Part shown: in pieces, positions 7,180-16,183 of the stretch
Layout: each line of letters begins with the position of its first letter
How positions within the stretch are numbered: position 1 is the first letter of the stretch
Assembly (NCBI RefSeq): GCF_000012925.1
Contig: NC_007517.1
Location: 210,001 to 242,000, forward strand
DNA length: 32,000 nt
Reading direction: 5' to 3'
Source of the DNA: Geobacter metallireducens GS-15
Lineage (GTDB): Bacteria; Desulfobacterota; Desulfuromonadia; Geobacterales; Geobacteraceae
Made by a program: the position numbers and the translations under genes
The notes under the pieces: model-generated
The model's input: the letters and a program-made list of their open reading frames with translations, nothing else
Told to the model about the DNA's origin: nothing
Database searches by the model: none

Positions 7180-8112
7180 ATGAACGCAACCAGGCTCCAC
7201 AAGGTGTTATTCGTCATTCTACTGGCACTGTGCGCTACCCCATGGGTTGGTACTGCCCTGGCGTTGGTCATGGGGATATCCTTCAGTCTGCTGTTGGGGA
7301 ACCAATGGCCCCGGAAAACCGCCCACTACAGCACAAAGCTGCTGCAGGTCTCGGTCGTCGGACTCGGCTTCGGGCTGGGGCTGGGCGAGGTGCTACAGAC
7401 CGGGAAAAACTCCATTTGGTATAGCGCCATCGGCATCGCAGGGACCCTCCTGGTGGGCTCTGTCCTGGGCACGCTGTTCCGGACGGACCGCAACACCTCG
7501 GCCCTTATTTCGTTCGGCACGGCAATCTGCGGCGGCAGTGCCATCGCGGCCATGGCACCCGTCTTGAAGGCGAAGGATGACGAAACGGCGGTGGCCTTGG
7601 CAACGGTCTTCACCCTGAATTCCGTGGCGCTCCTGCTCTTTCCGTTGATCGGCCGCTGGCTGCAGCTTGACCAGACTATGTTCGGGGTCTGGTCCGGGCT
7701 TGCCATCCACGACACCAGCAGTGTTGTTGGTGCCACGTCCGCCTATGGTCCCTTGGCGTTGACCATCGGGACGACGGTCAAGCTGACGAGGGCCATCTGG
7801 ATCGCACCGGCTGTCATGGCGGTATCGTTGATCAAAGGGGGGAAACAGAGGGCCAGGATTCTTCTGTTCATCGTGGGATTTATCGGTGCCGCAACCATCA
7901 GAACAGTACTGCCAATGTTCGGGCAGTACTGGGGAGTGCTGGCTGCTGTCGCCAAACAATGCCTCGTCATGACCTTGTTCATGGTTGGCGCGGGGCTCAG
8001 CAGGGAGGTGGTGGGGGCGGTCGGGATAAGGCCCCTCTTGCACGCGGTCACGCTCTGGGGGGTGGTCAGCACGCTTACGCTTGTTGCCCTGAAAGTGGTC
8101 GGGCTTGCGTGA
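7180..8112 (+). CDS. YeiH/UPF0324-family putative sulfate exporter-type membrane transporter
   Basis: This is a polytopic hydrophobic protein. FGTAICGGSAIAAMAPVLKAKDDETAVALATVF matches the conserved GxSICGxAA...KA...V.VATV segment of YeiH. I set the start at ATG 7180 (MNATRLHK), which has a GGGGAGGA SD at 7168-7175. Confidence 0.8.
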   Translation: MNATRLHKVLFVILLALCATPWVGTALALVMGISFSLLLGNQWPRKTAHYSTKLLQVSVVGLGFGLGLGEVLQTGKNSIWYSAIGIAGTLLVGSVLGTLFRTDRNTSALISFGTAICGGSAIAAMAPVLKAKDDETAVALATVFTLNSVALLLFPLIGRWLQLDQTMFGVWSGLAIHDTSSVVGATSAYGPLALTIGTTVKLTRAIWIAPAVMAVSLIKGGKQRARILLFIVGFIGAATIRTVLPMFGQYWGVLAAVAKQCLVMTLFMVGAGLSREVVGAVGIRPLLHAVTLWGVVSTLTLVALKVVGLA

Positions 8113-8229
8113 GCCGGTCATCGGTCCCGAATGGGATCAGAGGCCTTCGTTGCACCACCGTTTCCGGTCCCGTTACGGAGGGATGGTTCAAGGCAGAACG
8201 GGTGATGCCACTGACGGGGCTGTCCGCAG

Positions 8230-9315
8230 TCATCCCAGCTTCGGAAACTCCGTCGGCAGAAGTGGCCGGGGGGTGAGGTGCTCGGGGAGGCGGATCAGCC
8301 GGGTTTCCGGCGCAAGGGCCAGTTCATCGTAGATGAGGTGGCCCTTCGTGTTGTAGCTCTTGGAGAGGTGCATGGGGAGGAGCCAGCCGGGGCGGAGCTC
8401 CCGGGCGAGGGCCGAGACGTCGGTCGTGCAGAGGTGGTGGGAGGTGCGGGCCTTGTCCCTGTCCGCGGCCAGGAATGAGCACTCGCAGGCGAGGAGTGTG
8501 ACGCCTGTCAGGAGCCGCCGCGCCGTGGCCAGGTTCCCGGCGCTCGCCCCGATGTCGGTGAGGTAGCCGATGCCGGCCGGTTCCTGGTCCCGCCGGATCG
8601 CCTCGAAGAGCTCCCGGCCGTGGACGCTTCGCTCCTCCACGCCGCCGGCGGCTGTCCGGCAGGGGACCGTGATTGTTCTGCCATCCAGTTCCCCCCGGTA
8701 AAAGCGGCTCTTCAGCTCCCGCAGCCACTCCCCCGGCACAAGCTCTTCCGACGCGATCTTTCCCCCGTCGATCCAGAAGGAGGGGCGCTCGGTGATCCGG
8801 AAGGCGAGGGTGGGGATGGCGTTGTGGTCGCAGATGGCGGCGTCCACCGTGAGAAGCGGGTTGCGGTAGATCTCCGTCCCCGCGCGCGGCGTTTCCCCCT
8901 CCGGCAGACAGGGAAAACCCTGGGCGCCGGGGAAGGTGAAATTGATGATTCTGTCGGGATGGACCTCGTGGACCCGGAAGGTGCACCAGTAGGATTCGGT
9001 CAGGTTCCAGTCGTAGCCGGCCAGCTTGGCCGTCACCTTCCCGGCGATCCCTGCCGGGCCGAAAAGCTGCACCGTCCGGGGGGAGACGTGGATGTGGCGA
9101 ACGAGGGTGTCGAACCCCATGAAGTGGTCCATGTGGGCGTGGGTGATAAAGATTGCGTCGAGGGATTTGAGGACCCGCTTGGCCAGGTGGTGGAGCTGGC
9201 CGCAGTCCACGAGGATGGCGCGCCCCAGGGGGCGGACGTTCACCAGGAGGACCGGGTCGTCCAGGAGCCCCGCGCAGAAGGTGGGTTCCAGATAGCGGAA
9301 GGGGAGGCGTTTCAT
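8230..9315 (-). CDS. MBL-fold metallo-hydrolase (RNase Z/phosphodiesterase-like), specific function unknown
   Basis: The ORF is 361 aa and carries the metallo-beta-lactamase motif ITHAHMDHFMG. Codon usage has G/C-rich third positions. Confidence 0.8.
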   Translation of the reverse strand: MKRLPFRYLEPTFCAGLLDDPVLLVNVRPLGRAILVDCGQLHHLAKRVLKSLDAIFITHAHMDHFMGFDTLVRHIHVSPRTVQLFGPAGIAGKVTAKLAGYDWNLTESYWCTFRVHEVHPDRIINFTFPGAQGFPCLPEGETPRAGTEIYRNPLLTVDAAICDHNAIPTLAFRITERPSFWIDGGKIASEELVPGEWLRELKSRFYRGELDGRTITVPCRTAAGGVEERSVHGRELFEAIRRDQEPAGIGYLTDIGASAGNLATARRLLTGVTLLACECSFLAADRDKARTSHHLCTTDVSALARELRPGWLLPMHLSKSYNTKGHLIYDELALAPETRLIRLPEHLTPRPLLPTEFPKLG

Positions 9316-9345
9316 GGTGGTGCCTCGCGGCCTTGAAAAGCGTTT

Positions 9346-9489
9346 AATAACACGGAGAGACGGAGAACACGGAGTAAATCGGCTGGCGGTCCTTCATGGA
9401 CAACCTGATTGAATGTTGCTTTCCGGTTTTTGGGGCAAAATAAATCAGTCTCTTGGTTTTCTCTGTGCGCTCCGTCTCTCCGTGTTATT
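9346..9489. repeat. 20-bp perfect inverted repeat (AATAACACGGAGAGACGGAG / CTCCGTCTCTCCGTGTTATT) flanking 104 nt; MITE/REP-like element or large RNA hairpin
   Basis: The left arm is 9346-9365 and the right arm is 9470-9489. The arms extend imperfectly for about 15 nt more on the inner side. The left arm carries an internal ACGGAG/AACACGGAG sub-repeat. The element lies between the MBL gene start and the hemB terminator. Confidence 0.8.
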
Positions 9490-9503
9490 CAAAGATGGAC
9501 ATG

Positions 9504-9530
9504 AAAAAAGGCCCGCCAACCGGCAGGCCT
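9504..9530 (-). terminator. Rho-independent terminator of hemB
   Basis: The minus strand reads a GGCCTGCC stem, a GGTT loop, a GGCGGGCC stem (one mismatch) and then TTTTTT. It lies 24 nt after the hemB stop. Confidence 0.6.
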
Positions 9531-9553
9531 TTCAAGTTTATCACGGAATCAGG

Positions 9554-10531
9554 CTAACCTCTCTTCAGCACCCGTGCCGCCTCCTTGGCGTGGTAGGTGA
9601 GGATGAGGTCGGCGCCGGCCCGCTTGAAGGAGAGCAGCGTCTCCATCATGACCCGCTCCTCGTCGATCCAGCCGGCCCGGCCGGCGGCCTTGATCATGCT
9701 GTACTCGCCGGAGACGTTGTAGACCGCCACGGGGAGGTCGAACTCTTCTCGCAGGTCTCGGACGATGTCGAGGTAGGGGAGCCCCGGCTTCACCATGATG
9801 ATGTCGGCCCCTTCCTCCACGTCCATGCGGGCCTCGCGGACGGCCTCCCGGCGGTTCCCCGGGTCCATCTGGTAGGAGCGGCGGTCGCCGAATTGCGGCG
9901 TCGACTCGGCGGCCTCCCGGAACGGGCCGTAGTAGCCCGAGGCGTATTTCACGGCGTAGCTCATGATGGGGATGTGCTTGTAGCCGTGGTTGTCGAGGAT
10001 TTCGCGGATGGCCATGACCCGGCCGTCCATCATGTCCGACGGCGCCACCATGTCGGCGCCTGCCTCTGCGTGGGAGAGGGCTTCCTTGGCCAGGAGCTCC
10101 AGGGTCTCGTCGTTGTCCACGTCGCCATCTTTAATGATGCCGCAGTGACCGTGGTCGGTGTACTCGCACATGCAGACGTCGGTGATGACCGCCAGCCCCG
10201 GCACCTGCTTCTTGATGGCCCGGATCGTTTCCTGGATGATGCCGTGCTCGTCGTAGGCGTCGCTCCCCACGGCGTCCTTGGTTTCGGGGATGCCGAAGAG
10301 GATCACTGCGGGAACCCCCAGTTCGTACACCTCCTGGGCCTCGGCGACGATGTGCTCGATGGACTGCTGGTAGATCCCCGGCATGGAGGAGATCTCTTTT
10401 CTGATCCCCGTGCCGAAGGCGGAAAACATCGGGTAGATCAGGTCGGTGGCGGAAAGGGTGGTCTCGCTGACCATCCGGCGGAAGACCTCTTTGCCCCTGA
10501 TTCTGCGGGCGCGGAACGTGGGAAAAAACAT
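9554..10531 (-). CDS. hemB: Porphobilinogen synthase (delta-aminolevulinic acid dehydratase)
   Basis: The 325-aa ORF has the typical HemB N-terminus (RRIR..FRRMV.ET.LS..DLIYP.F) and the Cys-rich zinc site [12 protein letters not shown]. An AAGGAGA SD is present. Confidence 0.95.
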   Translation of the reverse strand: MFFPTFRARRIRGKEVFRRMVSETTLSATDLIYPMFSAFGTGIRKEISSMPGIYQQSIEHIVAEAQEVYELGVPAVILFGIPETKDAVGSDAYDEHGIIQETIRAIKKQVPGLAVITDVCMCEYTDHGHCGIIKDGDVDNDETLELLAKEALSHAEAGADMVAPSDMMDGRVMAIREILDNHGYKHIPIMSYAVKYASGYYGPFREAAESTPQFGDRRSYQMDPGNRREAVREARMDVEEGADIIMVKPGLPYLDIVRDLREEFDLPVAVYNVSGEYSMIKAAGRAGWIDEERVMMETLLSFKRAGADLILTYHAKEAARVLKRG

Positions 10532-10757
10532 GGTGTCATGTCTCCTTGTGGTTTGATAGGGATATCTGCTGGAACATCAACTAATTGATAGTACTCCAAG
10601 TGGGGGGCATGGCTCAAACATTTTTGGCGGTAAGCTTCAGAAGCGCGATTGCCGGAGCACGTTTTACCGTTGCGGACAGGCGGCATTCTGTGGCAAGAAT
10701 AGCAGCGGCCGGCAGCGGATAATATTGGCGTCGGCACGTCAGCAGCAGGAGGTTTCC

Positions 10758-11195
10758 ATGGCTAGGTCCACCATGGGCGCCACGGCCGATTCCCTGGCGC
10801 TCCTCATGATCCGGATACCCCTCGGGGCCATTTTCATCGCCCATGGTTCCCAGAAGCTTCTGGGGCTCTTCGGCGGTCACGGCCTCACCGCCACCTTTGC
10901 CACCTTCGAGCAGAAGCTCGGCATTCCGCCGATTCTGACACTCCTGGCAATCATCGCCGAGTTCGGCGGCGGCATCGGGGTTCTCTGCGGTTTCCTCACC
11001 CGGCTGTCGGGGTTCAGCATCGCCGCCACCATGGCGGTGGCCATCTACAAGGTCAGCTGGGTGAACGGGTTCTTCCTCAACGGCCCCCGGGGGGACGGCA
11101 TCGAGTACAACCTGGCGCTCCTCGGCATGGCCCTGTCCCTGGTCCTGATCGGCGGGGGGGCGTGGTCGGTGGACCGCTATCTTTTCAGACGGTAG
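10758..11195 (+). CDS. DoxX-family membrane protein
   Basis: DoxX-like pattern: LLMIRIPLGAIFIAHGSQKLLGLFGG.G...F....GIP, four hydrophobic segments, ending GGGAWSVD. I set the start at ATG 10758, which has an AGGAGG SD (10747-10752). Confidence 0.85.
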   Translation: MARSTMGATADSLALLMIRIPLGAIFIAHGSQKLLGLFGGHGLTATFATFEQKLGIPPILTLLAIIAEFGGGIGVLCGFLTRLSGFSIAATMAVAIYKVSWVNGFFLNGPRGDGIEYNLALLGMALSLVLIGGGAWSVDRYLFRR

Positions 11196-11224
11196 TGTGA
11201 CGCCGCATCCGGACGCAAGCCACC

Positions 11225-11923
11225 CTAAAAGATCGAGTCTTTCAACTCTCGTATTATCTCCACTTGCCGCTGGAAGATGTATTGGGAAATCCCCTTTTCG
11301 GCCCGGGCATCGGGCCTGATCTCGCAGATGGCAAGGTGTTTCTCGTTTGCGGGAATGACTCTCAGGAGTTTGGCTGGGATTTCGAAGGGTCCGCCGGGGA
11401 GCCCGACCCGCACCGACCCTTCCAGGGCGTTTTCGGGTGGATTGGGGACAGAGACGGCGATGGCGATGCCGCCGATGGAGATGTCGTTGAGGGTGCCGGT
11501 CACCTTCACGCCGGATGCGCTGAACGTCGCCTCGATCGGGTCTTTCACCTCCACCCGCACGAACTGGCGCCGCTCGGCCCGCACCACCGCATAGGCGAAC
11601 TTGGTCACCATGGCCACGCACTTGTCGATGTTCACGTAACTGACGGCGGCCAGAACATCCTTCGGGAAGTGGCTGCTCTTGAGGAAGGTCTGCTTTTCCA
11701 GGTGCATGACCACCGCCTGTTGCTGGTGGACCGCAAGCTCCACGGTGTCGCCGTCGATGGATTCCACCGTGGCGCCGAAGTTGACCGGGATCGACTGGTA
11801 GTAGTTGAGGAGCCGCAGATCGTTGGAGACGGTCCCCTTCCGGATGGCGGCGAGGGTTTCGAGTATCTGCCGGTTGTCCTCCCGGGCATCGGCGTCTGGC
11901 ACAAGCTGGTAGTAATCGTCCAT
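11225..11923 (-). CDS. PilZ-domain (c-di-GMP-binding) protein
   Basis: The C-terminal half has the RxxxR motif (RRQFVRVEV) and the D/NxSxxG motif (NDISIGGIAI). I prefer ATG 11923 (MDDYYQL) to the TTG at 11953 used by the track. Confidence 0.8.
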   Translation of the reverse strand: MDDYYQLVPDADAREDNRQILETLAAIRKGTVSNDLRLLNYYQSIPVNFGATVESIDGDTVELAVHQQQAVVMHLEKQTFLKSSHFPKDVLAAVSYVNIDKCVAMVTKFAYAVVRAERRQFVRVEVKDPIEATFSASGVKVTGTLNDISIGGIAIAVSVPNPPENALEGSVRVGLPGGPFEIPAKLLRVIPANEKHLAICEIRPDARAEKGISQYIFQRQVEIIRELKDSIF

Positions 11924-11966
11924 GGATCCGTCCTTGAGATGGGGTAGTGGCAAGGCGTTCTTTTGG

Positions 11967-11996
11967 TTGTCACGGCGCGGCGATTTCGTGTATAGT
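11967..11996 (+). promoter_or_regulatory. Candidate sigma70 promoter for prfC (TTGTCA-N18-TATAGT)
   Basis: TTGTCA lies at 11967-11972 and TATAGT at 11991-11996, in the gap between the divergent PilZ and prfC genes. Confidence 0.4.
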
Positions 11997-12003
11997 CAAT
12001 TCT

Positions 12004-12033
12004 GGCGAAGATATCCTCTTCGCCTTTCGTTTG
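12004..12033 (+). promoter_or_regulatory. 5'-leader stem-loop of prfC (terminator-like hairpin plus U-rich tract)
   Basis: A perfect 8-bp stem GGCGAAGA (12004-12011) / TCTTCGCC (12017-12024) with loop TATCC is followed by TTTCGTTTG. It lies between the candidate promoter and the prfC start. Confidence 0.5.
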
Positions 12034-12075
12034 TCCAGAAATTTCAGCACTTTTCACCATGACGGAGAGCAGACT

Positions 12076-13659
12076 TTGACGAAGCACAACGAGCAGGAAA
12101 TCGACCGCCGGCGAACCTTCGCCATCATCAGCCACCCGGACGCCGGCAAGACCACCATCACCGAGAAGCTGCTGCTGTTCGGCGGCGCCATCCAGCAGGC
12201 CGGCGAGGTTCGCGCCCGCAAGGCGGCCCGCCATGCCACCTCCGACTGGATGGAGATGGAGAAGCAGCGGGGGATCTCGGTCACCTCGTCGGTCATGAAG
12301 TTCACCTACCGGAACTACGAGGTGAACCTCCTGGACACCCCGGGCCACAACGATTTTTCCGAGGACACCTACCGGGTCCTCACCGCCGTGGACTCGGCCC
12401 TCATGGTCATCGACGCGGTCAAGGGGGTCGAGAGCCAGACCATCAAGCTCCTCGATGTCTGCCGCCTCCGCCACACCCCCATCATGACCTTCGTCAACAA
12501 GCTGGACCGTGAAGGGCGCGATCCCTTCGAGCTCATCGACGAGATTGAGAAGGTCCTGAAGATCCAGTGCGCGCCCATGACCTGGCCCATCGGCATGGGG
12601 AAGCGGTTCCGGGGGACCTACCACCTCTACACCAAGGAGCTCATCATCTTCGACGCCGAGGCGGAGCGGGGGACCGGGAGCATCGTGTCGCTCTCCGGCC
12701 TCGACGATCCCCGCCTCGACGAGATTCTCGGCTCCCAGGCCGCGGAGCTTCGCGGTGACATCGAGCTTCTGGAGGGGGCGGCCCACCCCTTCGAGGAGGA
12801 GGCGTATCTCGCCGGCCTCCAGACCCCGGTCTTCTTCGGGAGCGCCATCAACACCTTCGGGGTGCAGCAACTCCTCGACACCTTCGTGGAGAACGCCCCG
12901 GCGCCGCTTCCCCGGGAGGCAGTCACCCGTACCGTCTCTCCCTACGAGGAGCCCTTTGCCGCCTTCGCCTTCAAGATCCAGGCGAACATGGACCCGGCCC
13001 ACCGGGACCGGATCGCCTTCTTCCGCATCTGCTCCGGCAAGTTCACCCGGGGGATGAAGGTGCGCCACGTGCGGCTCGGCCGCGAGGTGGCCATCAACAA
13101 CGCCACCATCTTCATGGCCCAGGACCGGACCCACGTGGACGAGGCGTTCCCCGGCGACATCATCGGCATCCATAACCACGGCACCATCAAGATCGGCGAC
13201 ACCTTCACCATGGGTGAGGAGCTGAAGTTCACCGGCATCCCCAACTTCGCCCCGGAGCACTTCCGCAAGGTGCGGCTCCTGGACCCGCTCAAATCCAAGG
13301 CCCTGGAGAAGGGGCTCACGCAGTTGGCCGAGGAGGGGACCACCCAGGTCTTTCGGCCGCTGATGGGGGCCGACTGGATCGTCGGGGCCGTGGGTATCCT
13401 CCAGTTCGACGTGGTCATGCACCGGTTGGAGCACGAGTACAACGTGAAGGCCACCTACGAGCCCGCCGCCTACGCCACGGCCCGGTGGGTGACCGGCGAG
13501 AAGAAGAAGCTGGAGGAGTTCCAGAAGAAAGAGGTCATGAGCTGCTACATCGACGGTGAGGGGAACCTGGCCTACCTGGCCAGTTCCCAGTGGCGCCTCG
13601 ACAACACCATGGACAACTGGAAGGATCTCCAGTTCCACGCCACGCGGGAGCATAGCTGA
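12076..13659 (+). CDS. prfC: Peptide chain release factor 3 (translational GTPase)
   Basis: The ORF is collinear with E. coli PrfC: [72 protein letters not shown]. The most plausible start is TTG 12076 (GGAGAG SD, 6-nt spacer), which gives [15 protein letters not shown]. The GTG at 11947 would overlap the PilZ gene and lie upstream of the promoter. The start remains uncertain. Confidence 0.9.
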   Translation: MTKHNEQEIDRRRTFAIISHPDAGKTTITEKLLLFGGAIQQAGEVRARKAARHATSDWMEMEKQRGISVTSSVMKFTYRNYEVNLLDTPGHNDFSEDTYRVLTAVDSALMVIDAVKGVESQTIKLLDVCRLRHTPIMTFVNKLDREGRDPFELIDEIEKVLKIQCAPMTWPIGMGKRFRGTYHLYTKELIIFDAEAERGTGSIVSLSGLDDPRLDEILGSQAAELRGDIELLEGAAHPFEEEAYLAGLQTPVFFGSAINTFGVQQLLDTFVENAPAPLPREAVTRTVSPYEEPFAAFAFKIQANMDPAHRDRIAFFRICSGKFTRGMKVRHVRLGREVAINNATIFMAQDRTHVDEAFPGDIIGIHNHGTIKIGDTFTMGEELKFTGIPNFAPEHFRKVRLLDPLKSKALEKGLTQLAEEGTTQVFRPLMGADWIVGAVGILQFDVVMHRLEHEYNVKATYEPAAYATARWVTGEKKKLEEFQKKEVMSCYIDGEGNLAYLASSQWRLDNTMDNWKDLQFHATREHS

Positions 13660-13671
13660 GCCGTTAAGAAA

Positions 13672-13700
13672 GGGGGGAGACACTGGGTTTCCCCCCTTTT
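13672..13700 (+). terminator. Rho-independent terminator of prfC
   Basis: GGGGGGAGAC (13672-13681) pairs with GTTTCCCCCC (13687-13696), including one G-U pair, around a 5-nt loop, and is followed by TTTT. Confidence 0.75.
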
Positions 13701-13775
13701 GTCTTCATCACGCCAAACCCACTGGCCCCTTTCCCGGCAGCACGCATTTTCAACCCCTGCAATGGATGATATTTT

Positions 13776-13784
13776 TGTTAGAAT
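13776..13784 (+). promoter_or_regulatory. Candidate extended -10 element (TGtTAGAAT) for the larB operon
   Basis: TG at 13776-13777 and TAGAAT at 13779-13784 lie about 24 nt upstream of the larB ATG. There is no good -35. Confidence 0.3.
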
Positions 13785-13807
13785 GTACTGATACCCGGCT
13801 GGATGCT

Positions 13808-14557
13808 ATGGACCCGAACGAACTCAAAATTCTCCTGAACGAATTCAAGAGCGGCGCCATCGGCGAGGACGAGGCCCTTGAGCGCCTGCGCCACCTCCCC
13901 TTCGAGGACATTGGAGATGCCATGGTGGACCATCACCGGAGCCTGCGCCAGGGGTTCCCGGAGGTGATCTTCGGCGCCGGCAAGAGCGCCGGCCAGATCG
14001 AGCGGATCATGGCCTCCCTGGCAGCCAGGGGGAACAACATCCTCGTGACCCGTCTCGACGAGGCCAAGGCTCTGGCGGTGAAGGAAGCCTTTCCCCCCGC
14101 GGTCTGGCACGCCGACGCCCGCTGCCTCACCCTGGAGCAGAAGCCGGCGGAACGGCGGGGGCGGGGGACGGTCCTCGTCGTCTCGGCCGGTACCTCCGAC
14201 CTGCCGGTGGCGGCCGAGGCCCTGGTCACCCTCCGGATGCTGGGGAACGACACCGAGCACCTCTACGACGTGGGGGTGGCGGGAATCCACCGGCTCCTGG
14301 CCCGACGGGAGGCGCTCACGGCCGCCAGCGTCCTCATCGTGGTGGCCGGAATGGAGGGGGCCCTTCCCTCGGTGGTGGGGGGCCTCGTGGACCGGCCGGT
14401 CATCGCCGTTCCCACCTCGGTGGGGTACGGGGCAGCCTTCGGGGGGATCGCCGCCCTCCTCGGGATGCTCAACTCCTGCGCCGCCGGCGTCACGGTGGTG
14501 AACATCGATAACGGTTTCGGCGCCGCCGTGGCGGCCAGCAAGATCAACAGGGAATGA
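13808..14557 (+). CDS. larB: LarB, nickel-pincer cofactor biosynthesis protein (pyridinium-3,5-biscarboxylic acid mononucleotide synthase; PurE-like)
   Basis: The typical LarB layout is present: an N-terminal helical part (LERLRHLPFEDIG.A.VDHHR..R.GFPEVIFG.GK) and a PurE-like core (VLVVSAGTSDLPVAAEA...VVAGMEGALPSVVGGL...VIAVPTSVGYG). I set the start at ATG 13808. The track start at 13556 overlaps prfC. Confidence 0.85.
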   Translation: MDPNELKILLNEFKSGAIGEDEALERLRHLPFEDIGDAMVDHHRSLRQGFPEVIFGAGKSAGQIERIMASLAARGNNILVTRLDEAKALAVKEAFPPAVWHADARCLTLEQKPAERRGRGTVLVVSAGTSDLPVAAEALVTLRMLGNDTEHLYDVGVAGIHRLLARREALTAASVLIVVAGMEGALPSVVGGLVDRPVIAVPTSVGYGAAFGGIAALLGMLNSCAAGVTVVNIDNGFGAAVAASKINRE

Positions 14558-14564
14558 GGTTTTC

Positions 14565-15737
14565 TTGAAGATACTCTATTGCGACTGCTTTGCCGGCATT
14601 GCCGGCGACATGACTGTGGCGGCCCTCCTGGACCTGGGGGTCCCCTTCGAGGTGGTGGAGGGGGCGGTGAAACAGCTCCCCCTTCCCCATTCCAGCTACT
14701 CCCTGGCCGTGGAGCGGACGAGCCGCAAGGGGATCGCCGCCGCCCGGTTCGTGGTGCACGTGGAGGAGCACCAGCCCCACCGCCACTACGCCGACATCGC
14801 CGCCATGATCGAGGAGAGTACGCTTGCCGAAGGGGTGAAGGAGAAGGCCCAGCGGATCTTCTTCCGCCTCGCCGAGGCCGAGGCAAAGGTCCACGGCGTC
14901 GAGATCGGGCGGGTCCACTTCCACGAGGTGGGAGCCGTGGACTCCATCGTCGATATTGTCGGGACGGCCGCTGCCCTGGAGTGGCTCGGCATCGACGCCG
15001 TCCATGCCGCTCCTCTCCCCCTGGGAAGCGGCTTCGTGGAAACGGCCCACGGCCGGCTCCCGGTGCCGGCCCCGGCCACGGCGGAGCTTCTGCGGGGACT
15101 CCCGATCCACGGCGAGGCGGGGAGCGGGGAGCGGGTGACCCCAACCGGCGCCGCCATCCTGGCCGCCCTGGCCACCGGCTTCGGCCGGGCCCCGGCCATG
15201 ACCGTCACCGGCGTCGGCTGCGGGGCGGGGACGAAGGATTTCGACGATATCCCCAACGTCATGCGGCTCTTTATGGGCGAGGCGGAAGGGGGGCTTTTGC
15301 GGGACGAGGTCTGCATCATCGAGACCCACATCGACGACATGAACCCGGAGATCCTCGGCCACGTCCTGGAACGGCTCATGGAGGCCGGCGCCCTCGACGC
15401 GGCCTTCTCGCCCCTGCAGATGAAGAAGAACCGCCCGGCGGTGAAGCTCACCGTCATCGCCCGCCCCGGGCAGCGCGACGAACTCGCCGCTCTCGTGCTG
15501 CGGGAGACCTCGGCCATCGGGGTCCGGTTCTACCCCGCTTCCCGGCTCAAACTCTCCCGCGAGAAGGAGGAGCGCCCCACTTCCCTCGGCCCGGTGACGG
15601 TGAAGGTGATCCGCGACGGCGGGCGGGTGGTGCGGGTAACCCCCGAATACGATGCGTGCCGCCGGATCGCCGCCGAGCGGGAAATGTCGCTTCTGGAGGT
15701 CTACCGGATCGTGGAGCGGGAGGCGGGGGAGCCATGA
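14565..15737 (+). CDS. larC: LarC, nickel insertion protein (pyridinium-3,5-bisthiocarboxylic acid mononucleotide nickel chelatase)
   Basis: The characteristic N-terminus MKILYCDCFAGIAGDM...LLDLG is present, together with HFHEVGAVDSIVDIVG. The start is TTG 14565. The next in-frame Met would delete the conserved N-terminus. Confidence 0.85.
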   Translation: MKILYCDCFAGIAGDMTVAALLDLGVPFEVVEGAVKQLPLPHSSYSLAVERTSRKGIAAARFVVHVEEHQPHRHYADIAAMIEESTLAEGVKEKAQRIFFRLAEAEAKVHGVEIGRVHFHEVGAVDSIVDIVGTAAALEWLGIDAVHAAPLPLGSGFVETAHGRLPVPAPATAELLRGLPIHGEAGSGERVTPTGAAILAALATGFGRAPAMTVTGVGCGAGTKDFDDIPNVMRLFMGEAEGGLLRDEVCIIETHIDDMNPEILGHVLERLMEAGALDAAFSPLQMKKNRPAVKLTVIARPGQRDELAALVLRETSAIGVRFYPASRLKLSREKEERPTSLGPVTVKVIRDGGRVVRVTPEYDACRRIAAEREMSLLEVYRIVEREAGEP

Positions 15738-16183
15738 GGGGCTTCGTCGTCTGCGCGGCAAGCTGGTTCGGTACCGGGTTTTTCCCCGTGGCTTCGGGGA
15801 CCGTGGGGACCCTGGGGGCCATCCCCCTCTACCTGGTCCTGGCGCGGCTTCCCCTCTGGCTCTACCTCCTGACTCTCGTCCCCTTCTTCTTCCTCGCTTC
15901 ATGGGTCTCAGGGGCGGCGGAACGGGAGTTCGGCGAGAAGGACTCGGGAAAGATCGTCATTGACGAGGTGATCGGCTTCCTCATAACCATGGCCGGGGCG
16001 CCGGTCCACTGGCGGAGCATCGTGATCGGCTTTCTCCTCTTCCGGTTCTTCGACATCGTCAAGGTGCCGCCGGCCCGCTACTTCGACCGGCAGGTGAAAA
16101 ACGGTTACGGCGTGGTCCTCGATGACGTGGTGGCCGGCATCTACGCCTGCGTGGTGCTCCACGTGATCCTGAGGTTTCTGTGA
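15734..16183 (+). CDS. pgpA: Phosphatidylglycerophosphatase A
   Basis: The PgpA pattern is present: FGTGFFPVASGTVGTLGAIPL...DSGKIVIDEV.G.....FR.FDI.K..P......GYGVVLDDVVAGIYA. The ATG at 15734 overlaps the larC stop (ATGA). It is read from the downstream part of track ORF 14579..16183. Confidence 0.85.
   Translation: MRGFVVCAASWFGTGFFPVASGTVGTLGAIPLYLVLARLPLWLYLLTLVPFFFLASWVSGAAEREFGEKDSGKIVIDEVIGFLITMAGAPVHWRSIVIGFLLFRFFDIVKVPPARYFDRQVKNGYGVVLDDVVAGIYACVVLHVILRFL

Noticed and set aside
8207-8213. GCCACTG, a core sequence found in cobalamin riboswitches, in the gap between the convergent yeiH-like and MBL genes
   Set aside because: It is an isolated 7-mer without the other conserved cobalamin-riboswitch blocks. 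It lies between two convergent 3' ends, so there is no downstream gene to regulate.
9396-9443. 15-codon ORF (MDNLIECCFPVFGAK) inside the inverted-repeat element
   Set aside because: It has no SD, is very short, and has AT-rich composition unlike the genes of this genome.
9413-10588. 391-aa plus-strand ORF opposite hemB
   Set aside because: It is antisense to an unambiguous hemB gene. Its composition is rich in Val, Gly, Asp and His and of low complexity, and it has no SD.
11947-12075. N-terminal extensions in the track for prfC (GTG 11947), PilZ (TTG 11953), larB (13556), recA (19616), alaS (22335), argB (25969), argD (27201), tpx (3836), cheX (4541), rdgC (4547), yeiH (7072) and DoxX (10725)
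   Set aside because: The extensions overlap neighbouring genes or promoters, lack SD sequences, and add residues that are absent from the conserved N-termini of the families. Internal starts with good SD spacing were preferred.
11632-13683. 683-aa minus-strand ORF opposite prfC
   Set aside because: It is a shadow frame of prfC with a product rich in Gly, Leu, Pro and Val. prfC identity is unambiguous.
14544-15902. 452-aa minus-strand ORF, and the 5' part of plus-strand ORF 14579..16183, both overlapping larC
   Set aside because: Both have Arg/Gly/Pro-rich products typical of off-frame translation of GC-rich DNA. Only the last 150 codons of 14579..16183 (from ATG 15734) form the real pgpA gene.
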